Positions 8,386-19,400 of a DNA stretch of 34,792 nt are shown in pieces. A program made the position numbers and the translations under genes. Position 1 is the stretch's first letter, and each line of letters begins with the position of its first letter. The notes below the pieces were generated by a model. The model saw nothing but the letters and a program-made list of their open reading frames with translations. It was not told where the DNA came from and ran no database searches. Origin of the DNA: Flavobacteriaceae bacterium UBA3078 (GTDB lineage: Bacteria; Bacteroidota; Bacteroidia; Flavobacteriales; Flavobacteriaceae); the NCBI GenBank assembly GCA_002366675.1, contig DFBO01000003.1, positions 1 to 34,792 of the forward strand. The letters run 5' to 3'.

Positions 8386-11145
8386 TTAAAATTGATTGTT
8401 TTTAGATTTATCGAAAACATAATCTATCACTTCTTTATGACGCTTTTTAGAACGCACAGAACTACCAGCAGCAGGAGCGCCATAAGCTCTACGAGTTGCT
8501 GCTCTAAAGGTTTTTGCTTCATCTAAATGCATTAACATATGGCTATATGCTCCCATATTTCTTGGCTCTTCTTGAGCCCAAACAACATCTGAAGCGTTTT
8601 TATACTTTTTTAAAGTCGCTCTTATTTCACTAATAGGTAAAGGAAATAATTGTTCTATTCTAACTAAAGCAACATCTTTTCTATCTAAATTTTCTTGCTC
8701 TTCTAGCAAATCGTAATAAAACTTTCCTGTAACAAATACTAAGGTTTCTATTTTATCTGCTTTTGCACTTTCATCATCAATTAACATTTGAAAACTACCG
8801 TTTGCAAATTCATCAACAGTAGAAACTACTTTTGGATGACGCAACAAGCTTTTTGGTGTAAAAACGATTAGAGGTTTTCTAAATTTTGCTTTTACTTGTC
8901 TTCTTAATAAATGATACATGTTTGCTGGAGTCGTACAGTCTGTAACGTACATATTATCTTTTGCGCAAAGTTGTAAATAACGCTCCATTCTTGCTGAAGA
9001 ATGCTCAGCACCTTGTCCTTCATAACCATGAGGTAATAACATAACTAACCCATTTTGAAGCTTCCATTTATCTTCTGCTGCAGAAATATATTGATCCAAC
9101 ATAATTTGTGCACCATTACTAAAATCTCCAAACTGAGCTTCCCAAATGGTTAATGTTTTAGGACTCGCCATGGCATATCCATAATCAAAACCTACCACAC
9201 CATATTCTGAAAGCAATGAATTATAGATGAAGAATTTTCCTTGCTTATCACTAATATTATTATGAAGTATTATTTCTTCTTCACTGTCTTCTACTTTTAC
9301 AACAGCATGACGATGAGAGAATGTTCCTCTTTCAACATCTTGCCCAGAAATTCTAACATCGCAACCCTCTTCTAACAAAGTACCATAAGCTAAATGTTCT
9401 GCCATAGCCCAATCTAACCTATCCTCTTTAAACATAGCTTTTCTAGATTCTATTAATCTAGAAATTTTACGAATGAACTTTTTATCTTTTGGTAATGAAG
9501 AAATAACATCTGTAATTTTTGCTAAGCCATCTTTAGAATAAGTTGTATCAATAGGCTTCATCATTTTATCTTCTTCAACAGTTATGTAATTCTCCCATTC
9601 ATTTTGCATAAATGGTGTAATAACTGTTTTATCTTCTTTTCTAGAATCTTCTAACTTTTCTTCTAATGATGCTTTATAGTCTTCTTCTAGTTTTTTAACA
9701 TAACCACTATCAATAATACCTTCAGCAATTAGTTTTTCAGCATAAATATCTCTTGGATTTTTATGTTTAGCAATAGCTTTGTATAATTTTGGTTGGGTAA
9801 AACGTGGCTCATCTCCTTCGTTATGGCCGTATTTTCTATAACCTAATAAATCTATAAATACATCGCGTTTAAACTTCATTCTAAAATGCAAAGCAAATAA
9901 CATTGCATGGACAACAGCCTCAGCATCGTCTGCATTTACATGAAGTACAGGTGAAAGAGTTACTTTTCCAACATCTGTACAATAAGTACTAGATCGAGCA
10001 TCTAAATAATTAGTTGTAAACCCAACTTGGTTATTAACTACAATATGAATAGTCCCATTTGTTTTGTATCCATCCAATTGAGCCATTTGTACGACCTCGT
10101 AAACCAAACCTTGTCCTGCAATTGCGGCATCTCCATGCACTATTATTGGTAAAACTTGCGATGGGTTTTCAGGATATTTATCATCCTGCTTTGCTCTAGT
10201 AATACCTTCTACTACTGCTCCAACGGTCTCCAAATGCGAAGGGTTTGGCGCAATATTTAAATTTATTTTTTTGCCTGAATTAGTTATTCTATCGCTAGTC
10301 CAACCTAAATGATATTTAACGTCTCCATCAAAAACTTTTTGCTCGTAATCTTTTCCGTCAAACTCACTAAAAATATCTTTTGCAGATTTACCGAATATAT
10401 TTGTTAAGGTACTTAAACGACCACGATGTGCCATTCCCATAACAAACTCTTTAACATCATACTCCGAAGCTTTCTCAATTAATGTATCTAAAGCTGGGAT
10501 TAAAGTTTCTCCTCCTTCTAGTGAAAATCTTTTTTGTCCAACATATTTTGTGTGTAAAAAATTCTCAAAAGAAACAGCTTCGTTTAACTTTTTAAGAATG
10601 TATTTTTTTTGTTCTACATCTAAACTTGGCTGGTTATCATTGATATTTAGTTTTTTCTGAATCCATTGTATTTCTTCAGGTTTTCTAATGTACATATATT
10701 CTACTCCAATTGAGCTACAATATATTTTCTCAAGATGATCAATAATTTCTTGAAGAGTTTGCGTGCCAATACCTAGAATTTCTCCGGCACTAAACACTGT
10801 ATTTAAATCTGATTTAGACAAACCAAAATTTTCAATTTCTAAAGTTGGAGCATATTTTCTTCTGTCTCTAACAGGGTTTGTCTTAGTAAACAAATGTCCA
10901 CGAGTTCTATAACCATCTATAAGTTTTATTACTTGAAATTCTTTAGCTAGATTTTCTGAAATGTTTTCGTATGAAACTCCATCTACAAGTTCTTCAACCA
11001 AACCTGTACTTTCAGTACCAAAATCGTAGCCTTGAAAAAAGGCTCTCCAACTTGGCTCAACTGAATCTGGGTTTTGTAAATATTGGTCGTATAAATCAGC
11101 AAAGTACGCTGTATGTGCTGCATTTAAAAATGAAAATTTATCCAT
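8386..11145 (-). CDS. sucA: 2-oxoglutarate dehydrogenase E1
   Basis: GMAHRGRL, HGDAAIAGQG, RGTFSHRH, WEAQFGDF, HSSARMER. Start placed at MDKFSFLNAA (11145), downstream of the TACTTTTG box at 11184-11191; the ORF track extends to 11175. Confidence 0.96.
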   Translation of the reverse strand: MDKFSFLNAAHTAYFADLYDQYLQNPDSVEPSWRAFFQGYDFGTESTGLVEELVDGVSYENISENLAKEFQVIKLIDGYRTRGHLFTKTNPVRDRRKYAPTLEIENFGLSKSDLNTVFSAGEILGIGTQTLQEIIDHLEKIYCSSIGVEYMYIRKPEEIQWIQKKLNINDNQPSLDVEQKKYILKKLNEAVSFENFLHTKYVGQKRFSLEGGETLIPALDTLIEKASEYDVKEFVMGMAHRGRLSTLTNIFGKSAKDIFSEFDGKDYEQKVFDGDVKYHLGWTSDRITNSGKKINLNIAPNPSHLETVGAVVEGITRAKQDDKYPENPSQVLPIIVHGDAAIAGQGLVYEVVQMAQLDGYKTNGTIHIVVNNQVGFTTNYLDARSSTYCTDVGKVTLSPVLHVNADDAEAVVHAMLFALHFRMKFKRDVFIDLLGYRKYGHNEGDEPRFTQPKLYKAIAKHKNPRDIYAEKLIAEGIIDSGYVKKLEEDYKASLEEKLEDSRKEDKTVITPFMQNEWENYITVEEDKMMKPIDTTYSKDGLAKITDVISSLPKDKKFIRKISRLIESRKAMFKEDRLDWAMAEHLAYGTLLEEGCDVRISGQDVERGTFSHRHAVVKVEDSEEEIILHNNISDKQGKFFIYNSLLSEYGVVGFDYGYAMASPKTLTIWEAQFGDFSNGAQIMLDQYISAAEDKWKLQNGLVMLLPHGYEGQGAEHSSARMERYLQLCAKDNMYVTDCTTPANMYHLLRRQVKAKFRKPLIVFTPKSLLRHPKVVSTVDEFANGSFQMLIDDESAKADKIETLVFVTGKFYYDLLEEQENLDRKDVALVRIEQLFPLPISEIRATLKKYKNASDVVWAQEEPRNMGAYSHMLMHLDEAKTFRAATRRAYGAPAAGSSVRSKKRHKEVIDYVFDKSKNNQF

Positions 11146-11261
11146 ATAAAGTATAAAACTAAATAGTTCAAACAAAATTTACACAAAAGTACAACTTTTA
11201 GTAAAATTAGATATGGTTTTATTATTTTTATGCAATACCTTTTTAAACGAAAAATAAAAAC

Positions 11262-11801
11262 ATGAAAAAACCTTTCCCAATAAATATGATAAATAAGATT
11301 ATTTTATGTTTAATGTGTTTGTTTTCGTTTGGCTTAAATGCTCAAGAAGTAATAAAACAACCAAACGAATTTTGGAGTCATGTACAATTTGGAGGTGGAA
11401 TTGGTTTAGGCTTTGGAGATGGATATTTTAGTGGAACTCTTGCTCCTAGCGCTATTTATAGATTAAACAACTATGTTGCATTAGGTGTAGGTCTTAGTGG
11501 ATCATATAATACAGAGAAAAATTATTATAAATCTTCAATAATTGGTGGTAGTATTCTAGGGCTTTTTAACCCAATTCCTGAGTTACAGCTCTCCATCGAA
11601 TTTGAAGAAAATAATGTAAATGTTGATTGGGATAGCAGAACTGGCTTAAGGGATGAAAATTATTGGTATCCATCTTTATTTTTAGGCGCTGGTTATAGTA
11701 CTAGAAATGTAACAATGGGGATTAGATATGATGTTTTATATAACAGCTCTAAAAGCACGTATTTAGACCCTTGGATGCCTTTTGTGAGAGTTTATTTCTA
11801 A
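11262..11801 (+). CDS. Hypothetical small outer-membrane beta-barrel protein
   Basis: Signal peptide (possible start at 11286), alternating Gly/aromatic strands, C-terminal PFVRVYF beta-signal. Confidence 0.7.
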   Translation: MKKPFPINMINKIILCLMCLFSFGLNAQEVIKQPNEFWSHVQFGGGIGLGFGDGYFSGTLAPSAIYRLNNYVALGVGLSGSYNTEKNYYKSSIIGGSILGLFNPIPELQLSIEFEENNVNVDWDSRTGLRDENYWYPSLFLGAGYSTRNVTMGIRYDVLYNSSKSTYLDPWMPFVRVYF

Positions 11802-12148
11802 GAATATTTATTTTTAAACCATACTTTTTGCCACTCTCGCTGTAGTATTAAAAAAGCAACTTCCTCAGATAATTTTAAAGTGTCACTACCATCTAATTGT
11901 TTGACTTTTTTTTCTGAAACATCTATAATGTATAGCAAATTAAGATAATCCATGAATTTTTCTTGAATCAATTTATAGATAATTTCATGAAGTATTAACT
12001 TTAAACTAGATGGCAATATATTTTCAGCAAAATCTAAATCAATATTCGCATACAAGAAGTCTTTATTTAATTGTTTAATTAAATTGTTATACAATTCTTC
12101 TTTAGTTGCAAAATTAATTAATTCAGTAAAATTAGCTGGTAATTGCAT
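11798..12148 (-). CDS. Hypothetical protein
   Basis: 116-aa helical ORF whose ATG overlaps the stop of the polyprenyl synthase. Confidence 0.75.
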   Translation of the reverse strand: MQLPANFTELINFATKEELYNNLIKQLNKDFLYANIDLDFAENILPSSLKLILHEIIYKLIQEKFMDYLNLLYIIDVSEKKVKQLDGSDTLKLSEEVAFLILQREWQKVWFKNKYS

Positions 12149-13122
12149 TAAACATTCCTATTCATTAACTGTTCTCCAAAACTTCTTAGTGCTTCTTTAC
12201 TTTCCTGAGAAATGTTTAACTTATTAAGTACTTGGAATGCCATTGAGGTATAATTCTGAATCTCTTTTTTTGTAGCTTCAGCTGAACCACTAGCAAGAAA
12301 AATTTGTTTAGCAGTATTTATTTTTTCAGAATGGTCTTTAGGGTTTAAACTATATAAATGCTTTAGTTCGGTCTCTTCTTCTTGGGCTGAAAATTCGACA
12401 GCTTTTAAATATAAATATGTTTTTTTGTTTTCAATAATATCACCTCCTACTTGCTTACCAAATGTTTTTGGGTCTCCAAATGCATCTAAATAGTCGTCTT
12501 GCAACTGAAAAGCAATTCCTAAATTTTTGCCAAATTCATAAATTAAATCTTGATCTTCTGCTGCTACATTAGCTACTATAGCTCCCATTTTCATAGCAGC
12601 ACCAATTAATACTGCTGTTTTATATTCAATCATTTTTAAATATTCGGGAATAGTGACATCGTCCCTTGTTTCAAAATCGATATCGAACTGCTGTCCTTCG
12701 CATACCTCTAGAGCCGTTTTACTAAATAATCTAGCTAAAGCCTGAAACGTAACTGGATTATAATTTTCAAATAACTGATATGCTAAAATAAGCATCGCAT
12801 CTCCAGATAAGATTCCAGTATTTAAATCCCATTTTTCGTGAACCGTTTCTTTACCTCTACGTAAAGGTGCATCGTCCATAATATCATCATGAACTAATGA
12901 GAAATTATGAAACACTTCAATGCTTAGAGCTGCATCTAATGCTTTTTCATAATCGCAATTAAAAATTTCGGCTGTCATTAATGTTAAAACAGGGCGTAAA
13001 CGCTTACCTCCTAATTTTAAAATATAATTTATTGGATGATAAAGAGAAGTAGGTTCTCTATCTCTTGTAAAAATTTTTAAATAAGAAACAAAAATTTCTT
13101 GATAAAAAGCGACTTGTTGCAT
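12148..13122 (-). CDS. Polyprenyl synthetase (short-chain FPP/GGPP synthase type)
   Basis: GGKRLRP, FARM VHDDIMD..RRG, KTA, SARM FQLQDDYLD; Phe five residues before FARM. ATG 13122 preferred because the 13140 start would span the TATTTTTG promoter box at 13127-13134. Confidence 0.92.
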   Translation of the reverse strand: MQQVAFYQEIFVSYLKIFTRDREPTSLYHPINYILKLGGKRLRPVLTLMTAEIFNCDYEKALDAALSIEVFHNFSLVHDDIMDDAPLRRGKETVHEKWDLNTGILSGDAMLILAYQLFENYNPVTFQALARLFSKTALEVCEGQQFDIDFETRDDVTIPEYLKMIEYKTAVLIGAAMKMGAIVANVAAEDQDLIYEFGKNLGIAFQLQDDYLDAFGDPKTFGKQVGGDIIENKKTYLYLKAVEFSAQEEETELKHLYSLNPKDHSEKINTAKQIFLASGSAEATKKEIQNYTSMAFQVLNKLNISQESKEALRSFGEQLMNRNV

Positions 13123-13195
13123 CAAACAAAAATAATGCAATTAAAGATACTTATGCAACAAGTTTTAGTGAATATTAATAAAATGTTAAAACTTT

Positions 13196-13223
13196 GGAAA
13201 CTTTCTAGGTTTTTAAAGTTTCC
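13196..13223. promoter_or_regulatory. Candidate TetR operator
   Basis: GGAAACTTT-N10-AAAGTTTCC inverted repeat 22 bp upstream of the tetR start. Confidence 0.6.
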
Positions 13224-13245
13224 TATTGTAGTTTCGCAGTCTTTT

Positions 13246-13854
13246 ATGAAAGATAAAATTATATATAATGCCAGTAAATTGTTTATTACCTATGGTTTTA
13301 AAAGTGTTACCATGGATGACATTGCAAATCATTTAGGCATATCGAAAAAAACCATTTATCAGCATTTTGAAAATAAAACAAAATTGGTAGAAGCCACTAC
13401 TATGCACTTGTTTGAGATAATATCGCATAAAATTGATTGCATTTGTGAACTTAAAAAAAATCCTATTGAGGAGCTTTATAATATAAAAAGTTTTGTCATG
13501 TTGCACCTCAAAGACGAAAAGTCGTCACCACAATATCAATTAAAAAAATATTATCCTAAAATATCTGCAACTTTAAAAAAGAAACAGTTTGAAGTTATGC
13601 AAGAATGTGTTACAGAAAATTTGGATAGAGGTGTGAAAAACAAAATATATAGGTCAGAGATTAACATAGAATTTATTTCAAGAATTTATTTTAACAGCAT
13701 GATCTCAATAAAAGATCAAGATTTATTTCCATTGACTAATTTTTCAATGAATATGCTCATGGATAATTTTTTAGAGTATCATTTAAGGGGTATTTGTACT
13801 CCAAGTGGAGTAGACATTTTGACTAAAATCATCAACAAAAATCAAAAAAAATAA
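13246..13854 (+). CDS. TetR/AcrR family transcriptional regulator
   Basis: GFKSVTMDDIANHLGISKKTIYQHFENK HTH; start placed at MKDKII (13246) rather than 13099. Confidence 0.93.
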   Translation: MKDKIIYNASKLFITYGFKSVTMDDIANHLGISKKTIYQHFENKTKLVEATTMHLFEIISHKIDCICELKKNPIEELYNIKSFVMLHLKDEKSSPQYQLKKYYPKISATLKKKQFEVMQECVTENLDRGVKNKIYRSEINIEFISRIYFNSMISIKDQDLFPLTNFSMNMLMDNFLEYHLRGICTPSGVDILTKIINKNQKK

Positions 13855-13856
13855 TA

Positions 13857-15200
13857 ATGAAAAACAAACTAATATTACTATTTAGTTTAGCACTTTCTTT
13901 TTCTATATATTCTCAAGAAAACAATCAGAGTTTTAGCTTGGAAGAAGCTATAAATTTTGCATTAGAAAATAATAGATCTGTAAAAAATGCTGTTAGAGGC
14001 ATTGAAGCTGCAGAAAAACAAAAATGGGAAACAACAGCTACAGGATTACCACAAATTAATGGTGGAATAGATTATCAAAACTGGCTTAAACAACAGGTTT
14101 CTTTACTTCCAGCAGAAATTACTGGAGGTGATCCTGGAACGTTTGTCCCAGTCACATTCAGTCCTAAACAAAGTGCCAACGCAACTGCTACTCTAAATCA
14201 ATTATTATTTGACGGATCTTATATAGTAGGTTTACAATCTGCAAAAGTATATTTAGAAATTTCTGAGATTGCCAAGACAAAAACAGATTTAGAAGTCCGT
14301 CAAGCAGTAATTAATGCCTATGGAAATGTTTTGTTAACTGAAGAAAATTTACTGATTGTAAACAAAAACATAGAAGTGCTTCAAAAAAACCTCAACGAAA
14401 CTACTAAAATTTATGAAAATGGACTCGCTGAAGAAGAAAGCGTTGAGCAATTACAAATAACATTAACCAGTTTAGAAAATTACCAAAACAACGTTACTCG
14501 TCTTAAAGAATTAGCTTATAAAATGTTCAACATTACCTTAGGGATTGACTTAAATGAAAACACACTTTTAACTGATAATCTTGAAACACTAACGCTTCAA
14601 AACATTTCGTTAGAATTACTAGAAGCAGATGAAAATATTGACAATAGTATCGATTATCAAATTGCAAAAAATCAAGAAGTATCCAAAGAGCTCCTTTTAA
14701 AATTAGAGAAGAGCACTTTTCTACCAAGTCTTAGTGCTTTTGTAAATGCTGGCTATAGTGGCTTTGGAGAAAAGTTTGAGTTTACAACTAGTAATCAAGA
14801 ATGGTATGGCTCTTCGCTTTTAGGTGTTAGTATGTCTATTCCAATCTTTAGTTCTGGAATGCGAAGTGCTGCAACCCAACGTGCAAAAATAGATTTAGAA
14901 ATTGCACAAGAAGAATTAACAGAGACAGAACAACAATTAAAATTTCAAATAGCTAATGCGAAAAGTAATTACCGTTTTGCAATTGAAGAATACGAAAATA
15001 AACGCCAAAACTTAAATCTTGCTGAACGCATTGAACAAAAAAACGAAACCAAGTTTTTTGAAGGTATTGCCTCTAGTTTTGACTTGAGACAGGCGCAAGG
15101 ACAATTATATACTGCCCAACAAGAATACTTGCAATCCATGTTTGACGTAATTGCTAAAAAAGCAGAATTAGAAACGATTTTAAACACAGTAAATTTTTAA
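13857..15200 (+). CDS. TolC family outer membrane efflux protein
   Basis: Signal peptide, FSLEEAINFALENN, duplicated OEP repeats (GLPQING / FLPSLSA, SIPIFSSG). Confidence 0.92.
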   Translation: MKNKLILLFSLALSFSIYSQENNQSFSLEEAINFALENNRSVKNAVRGIEAAEKQKWETTATGLPQINGGIDYQNWLKQQVSLLPAEITGGDPGTFVPVTFSPKQSANATATLNQLLFDGSYIVGLQSAKVYLEISEIAKTKTDLEVRQAVINAYGNVLLTEENLLIVNKNIEVLQKNLNETTKIYENGLAEEESVEQLQITLTSLENYQNNVTRLKELAYKMFNITLGIDLNENTLLTDNLETLTLQNISLELLEADENIDNSIDYQIAKNQEVSKELLLKLEKSTFLPSLSAFVNAGYSGFGEKFEFTTSNQEWYGSSLLGVSMSIPIFSSGMRSAATQRAKIDLEIAQEELTETEQQLKFQIANAKSNYRFAIEEYENKRQNLNLAERIEQKNETKFFEGIASSFDLRQAQGQLYTAQQEYLQSMFDVIAKKAELETILNTVNF

Positions 15201-15219
15201 GCCAATCAAAAATATACAA

Positions 15220-16401
15220 ATGAAAAATATACAACTCCTCATTATCCTTACTCTTATTGTTTCGTCATGTGGCAATAAAAAAGAAAAATCTTTTGATGAT
15301 GTTCTTGCGTCTGATAATTTTACAGAATTAAAAGAAAAACGGAACCAAATAAATACGAAACAACAAGAACTTAATGAGCAAATAAAATTGCTTAATGAAA
15401 AAATAGCGATACTTGATACAGTAAGAAAAGTGCCTTTAATTACAACCTTCAAAGCAAAACAAGAAGTATTTAATCATCAATTAGAAATTCAAGGAAATGT
15501 TACAACCAAAGACTTATTAGTAATCACTCCAGAATATAATGGTATTTTAACCAACGTTTATGTTAAGGAAGGTCAAAAAGTAAATAAGGGACAGCTTTTG
15601 GCTAAAATTGACGATGGAGGCTTAAGTCAGCAATTAGCACAATTAGAAATCCAAACCAATTTAGCTAAAACAACTTTCGAGCGCCAAAAGCGTCTTTGGG
15701 ATCAAAACATTGGTAGCGAAATTCAATATTTGCAAGCAAAATCAACTTACGAGTCACAAGAAGCAGCAGTAAATCAGTTAAAAAAACAAATAGCAAAAAC
15801 AAATGTTACAGCGCCTTTTACTGGAAGAATAGACGATGTCATTACTGAACAAGGAAGTGTTGTGGTTGCAGGACAATCTCAACTTATGCGTATTGTAAAT
15901 TTAAACAATATGTATATTGAAACAGATGTTCCAGAAAGCTATATTTCTAATGTAACAAGAGGAAAAAATGTTACTGTGGAATTTCCTGTTTTAGGAAAAA
16001 TTATCGAAACAAAAATTCGTCAAGCTGGTGATGTTATTAATCCAGCCAATAGAACCTTTAAAGTTGAAGTAAGTGTTCCTAACGATGACAAAACCATCAA
16101 ACCTAACTTAACAGCACGTCTAAAAATTAACGATTATACTAATGAAAATGCGATACTTATTCCACAAAGTATTATCTCAGAAAATGCTGAAGGAGAGCAA
16201 TACATCTATATTGTAAATAATAAAAATTCGAACAACGAAGGTGATGCCGAACGATTAATTATTAAAACAGGAAGAACTCAAGGTGACGTTATAGAAGTTC
16301 TTGAAGGAATTGAAAATGGAGCCGAAATTATTAAAGAAGGTGCGCGAAGTGTGAAAGATGGTCAAATTGTAAAAGTTATAAATTTACCAAACGAAAACTA
16401 G
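15220..16401 (+). CDS. RND efflux periplasmic adaptor (MFP), lipoprotein
   Basis: Lipobox VSSC, VKEGQKVNKGQLLAKID, VTAPFTGRID. Confidence 0.92.
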   Translation: MKNIQLLIILTLIVSSCGNKKEKSFDDVLASDNFTELKEKRNQINTKQQELNEQIKLLNEKIAILDTVRKVPLITTFKAKQEVFNHQLEIQGNVTTKDLLVITPEYNGILTNVYVKEGQKVNKGQLLAKIDDGGLSQQLAQLEIQTNLAKTTFERQKRLWDQNIGSEIQYLQAKSTYESQEAAVNQLKKQIAKTNVTAPFTGRIDDVITEQGSVVVAGQSQLMRIVNLNNMYIETDVPESYISNVTRGKNVTVEFPVLGKIIETKIRQAGDVINPANRTFKVEVSVPNDDKTIKPNLTARLKINDYTNENAILIPQSIISENAEGEQYIYIVNNKNSNNEGDAERLIIKTGRTQGDVIEVLEGIENGAEIIKEGARSVKDGQIVKVINLPNEN

Positions 16402-16437
16402 GAGAATGCGAAGTGCAGCAACCAAAACTAAACATTA

Positions 16438-19400
16438 ATGACTAAAAAGAAAAAACAAGTTGATAAAGAATTTGGTTTATCATCATGGGCAATTAGCAAT
16501 AAAACCACCATGTATGTCCTTATTCTGGTTATATTTTATTTAGGCGTTTCTGCCTTTTTTGATATGCCTCGTGAAAGCTTCCCTGAAGTAAATGAAACCA
16601 AAATATATGTCAGTTCTGTGTACCCTGGAAACACAGCAGAGGATGTTGAAAAACTAATTACAGACCCTCTGGAGGATGATCTTAAAACAGTAAGTAATGT
16701 GGTTGAAATAACTTCAACTTCGCAAGAGGATTTCTCCATGATTATTGTAGAATTCGACGAACATCTTACAGTAGAACAAGCAAAACAAAAAGTAAAAGAT
16801 GAAATAGACACAAAAACAGCTGGCGAAGATTGGCCCATGTCTAATGGAGCCAAAGTAAAACCAGAAGTGTTTGAATTGAGCCTTTCCGAAGAAAGACCAA
16901 TTCTTAATATTAATATCTCTGGCGATTATCCTGTTGAAAAACTCAAGGAATATGGTGAATATCTTCAAGATGAAATTGAAGATTTAATAGAAATTAAAAA
17001 AGTAGATATTCGTGGTGCACAAGATAAAGAAGTTGAAATTGCCGTAGATATCTATAAAATGATGGCTGCCGAAGTTACTTTTTCAGATATTATTAGTGCT
17101 ATTAACAACGGAAACATAACCATGTCTGCTGGAAACTTAAAAACCAGTGGACAACGTAGAACCATCCGTATTTTAGGTGAAATTGATTCGCCTAAACAAC
17201 TCGAGAACTTTGTTGTAAAAGCAGAAAATGGTCATGCCATTTATTTAAAAGATGTAGCCACTGTTACTTTTCATGAAGAAGACAAAACTACTTTTGCTCG
17301 AGAGTTTGGCAAACCAGTTGTGATGTTGGACGTGAAAAAACGTGCAGGTAAAAACATGGTTGCTGCAGCAGAACAAATCAAAGTTATTGTTCAAGACGCT
17401 AAAGACAATGTATTTCCTCAAGATTTAATAGTCACAATTGCAAACGATCAATCACCAGTAACAATTGGAAAAGTAGACGATTTAGTAAACAATATTATTT
17501 TTGGTGTCATACTTGTCGTTACAGTTTTAATGTTCTTTTTAGGCTTTAAAAACGCGATTTTTGTTGGTTTTGCAATTCCAATGTCCATGTTTATGTCTCT
17601 TATGATATTAAACCTATTGGGACAAAGTTTAAACACGATGGTTCTTTTCGGATTAATTATGGGACTTGGTATGTTGGTTGACAATGGTATTGTGGTGGTA
17701 GAAAATGTCTATCGACTCATGGACGAAGAAGGCATGAGTAGAAAAAAAGCTGCAAAAAAAGGGATTGGCGAAATTGCGTTTCCTATTATTATTTCAACGG
17801 CAACAACAGTTGCAGCTTTTATTCCTTTAGGTTTATGGCCTGGCATTATGGGAGAATTTATGATGATTTTACCTATTACTCTTTCTGTAGTTTTAGGTTC
17901 CTCGTTATTTGTTGCCATATTCTTTAACTCGGTTTTAGTGTCTCAATTTATGAATATCGAAGACACAGACTTACCATTAAAAAAAATCATTCGAACTACT
18001 ATAATCATAGCTAGCATTGGCTTACTAATATATATTTTTGGTGGTGACTATCGAGCACTTGGATCCTTAATGATTTTTACTGCTATCATGCTTTGGGTCT
18101 ATCGTTTATTTTTACGTAAATGGGCAAATAGTTTTCAAACAAAAACACTGGTTAAATTAGAACGATGGTATGAAAATCAATTACGTTGGGCATTATCTGG
18201 GTGGAGGCCTTTTGGAATAACCATTGGAACTTTTACTTTGCTAATTATTGCTTTTATAGCTTTTGGTATTTCTCTATCAACACAACGTACCAAAGTGGAG
18301 TTTTTCCCAGATAACAAACCAAATCAAATTATTGTTTATATAGAATATCCACAAGGAACAGCTATTGAGAAAACTAATACCATTACTAAAGAAATAGAAA
18401 AAATTGTTTATAAGGTAGTAAATAACGACCAATACAAAGATGGTAATTATAATTTTATGGTAGAAAGTGCTGTGTCTCAAGTTGGAGAAGGTGCTGGAAA
18501 CCCAGAAACAGATAGTGGTTCTTCTGCCGAAATGCCTCATAAAGCTAAAATTACAGCTTCCATGCGTGAATTTAAATATCGACGTGGTGAAGACAGTGAA
18601 TTATTACGTCAAAAAGTACAAAAAGCTTTGGTTGGCATTTTTCCAGGTGTACTAATTTCTGTAGAAAAAGATTCCAATGGACCACCTGCTGGTTCGCCAA
18701 TTAATATTGAAATTGAAGGAGATGATTATGACGAGCTGATAAATACAGCAGAAAACATGCGCGAATTCATCAACGACAAAAACATTCCAGGTATTGATGA
18801 GCTTAAAATAGACGTCAATAAAGATAAACCGTCAATGAGAGTTGTTATTAACAGAGAAAAAGCTGGAGAATTAGGTATCAGTGCTTCACAAATTGGTCAA
18901 CAATTACGTAACTCTATTTTTGGGTCGAAATCTGGAATTTATAAAAAAAACGGTGATGATTTTGATATCTACGTACGTTTTAATGAAGACAACCGTTATA
19001 ATACAAGTGCCCTTTTTAATCAAAATATTACGTTTAGGGATAAAACAGGACAAATAAAAAGCATTCCTGTTTCAGCAGTGGCAAAACATGAAAACAATTC
19101 AGGGTTTAGTGCCATAAAACATAAAGAAACCAAACGAATTGTTACAGTTTATTCGGCATTATCTCCTGGTTTTACTGATGCAGGAGCTATTGTAACCCAG
19201 ATTCAGAATGAAATGAAAAACTATAAAGGGTTGCCAGATAATATTCAAATTGATTATACTGGTCAGATTGAAGAACAAAACAAACAAATGACCTTTTTAA
19301 TGGGAGCATTTTTTACAGGATTGGGACTTATCTTTTTCATCTTAATATTTCAATTTAATTCTGTTTCAAAACCTGCTATTATTATGCTAGCCATATTCTT

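Noticed and set aside
11146-11175. Longer sucA start (MFELFSFILY)
   Set aside because: Non-ATG start with a low-complexity extension; ATG 11145 fits the A-rich leader and the family N-terminus better
13099-13245. N-terminal extension of TetR given by the ORF track
   Set aside because: It overlaps the divergent gene and the promoter/operator region; the HTH domain begins right after MKDKII at 13246
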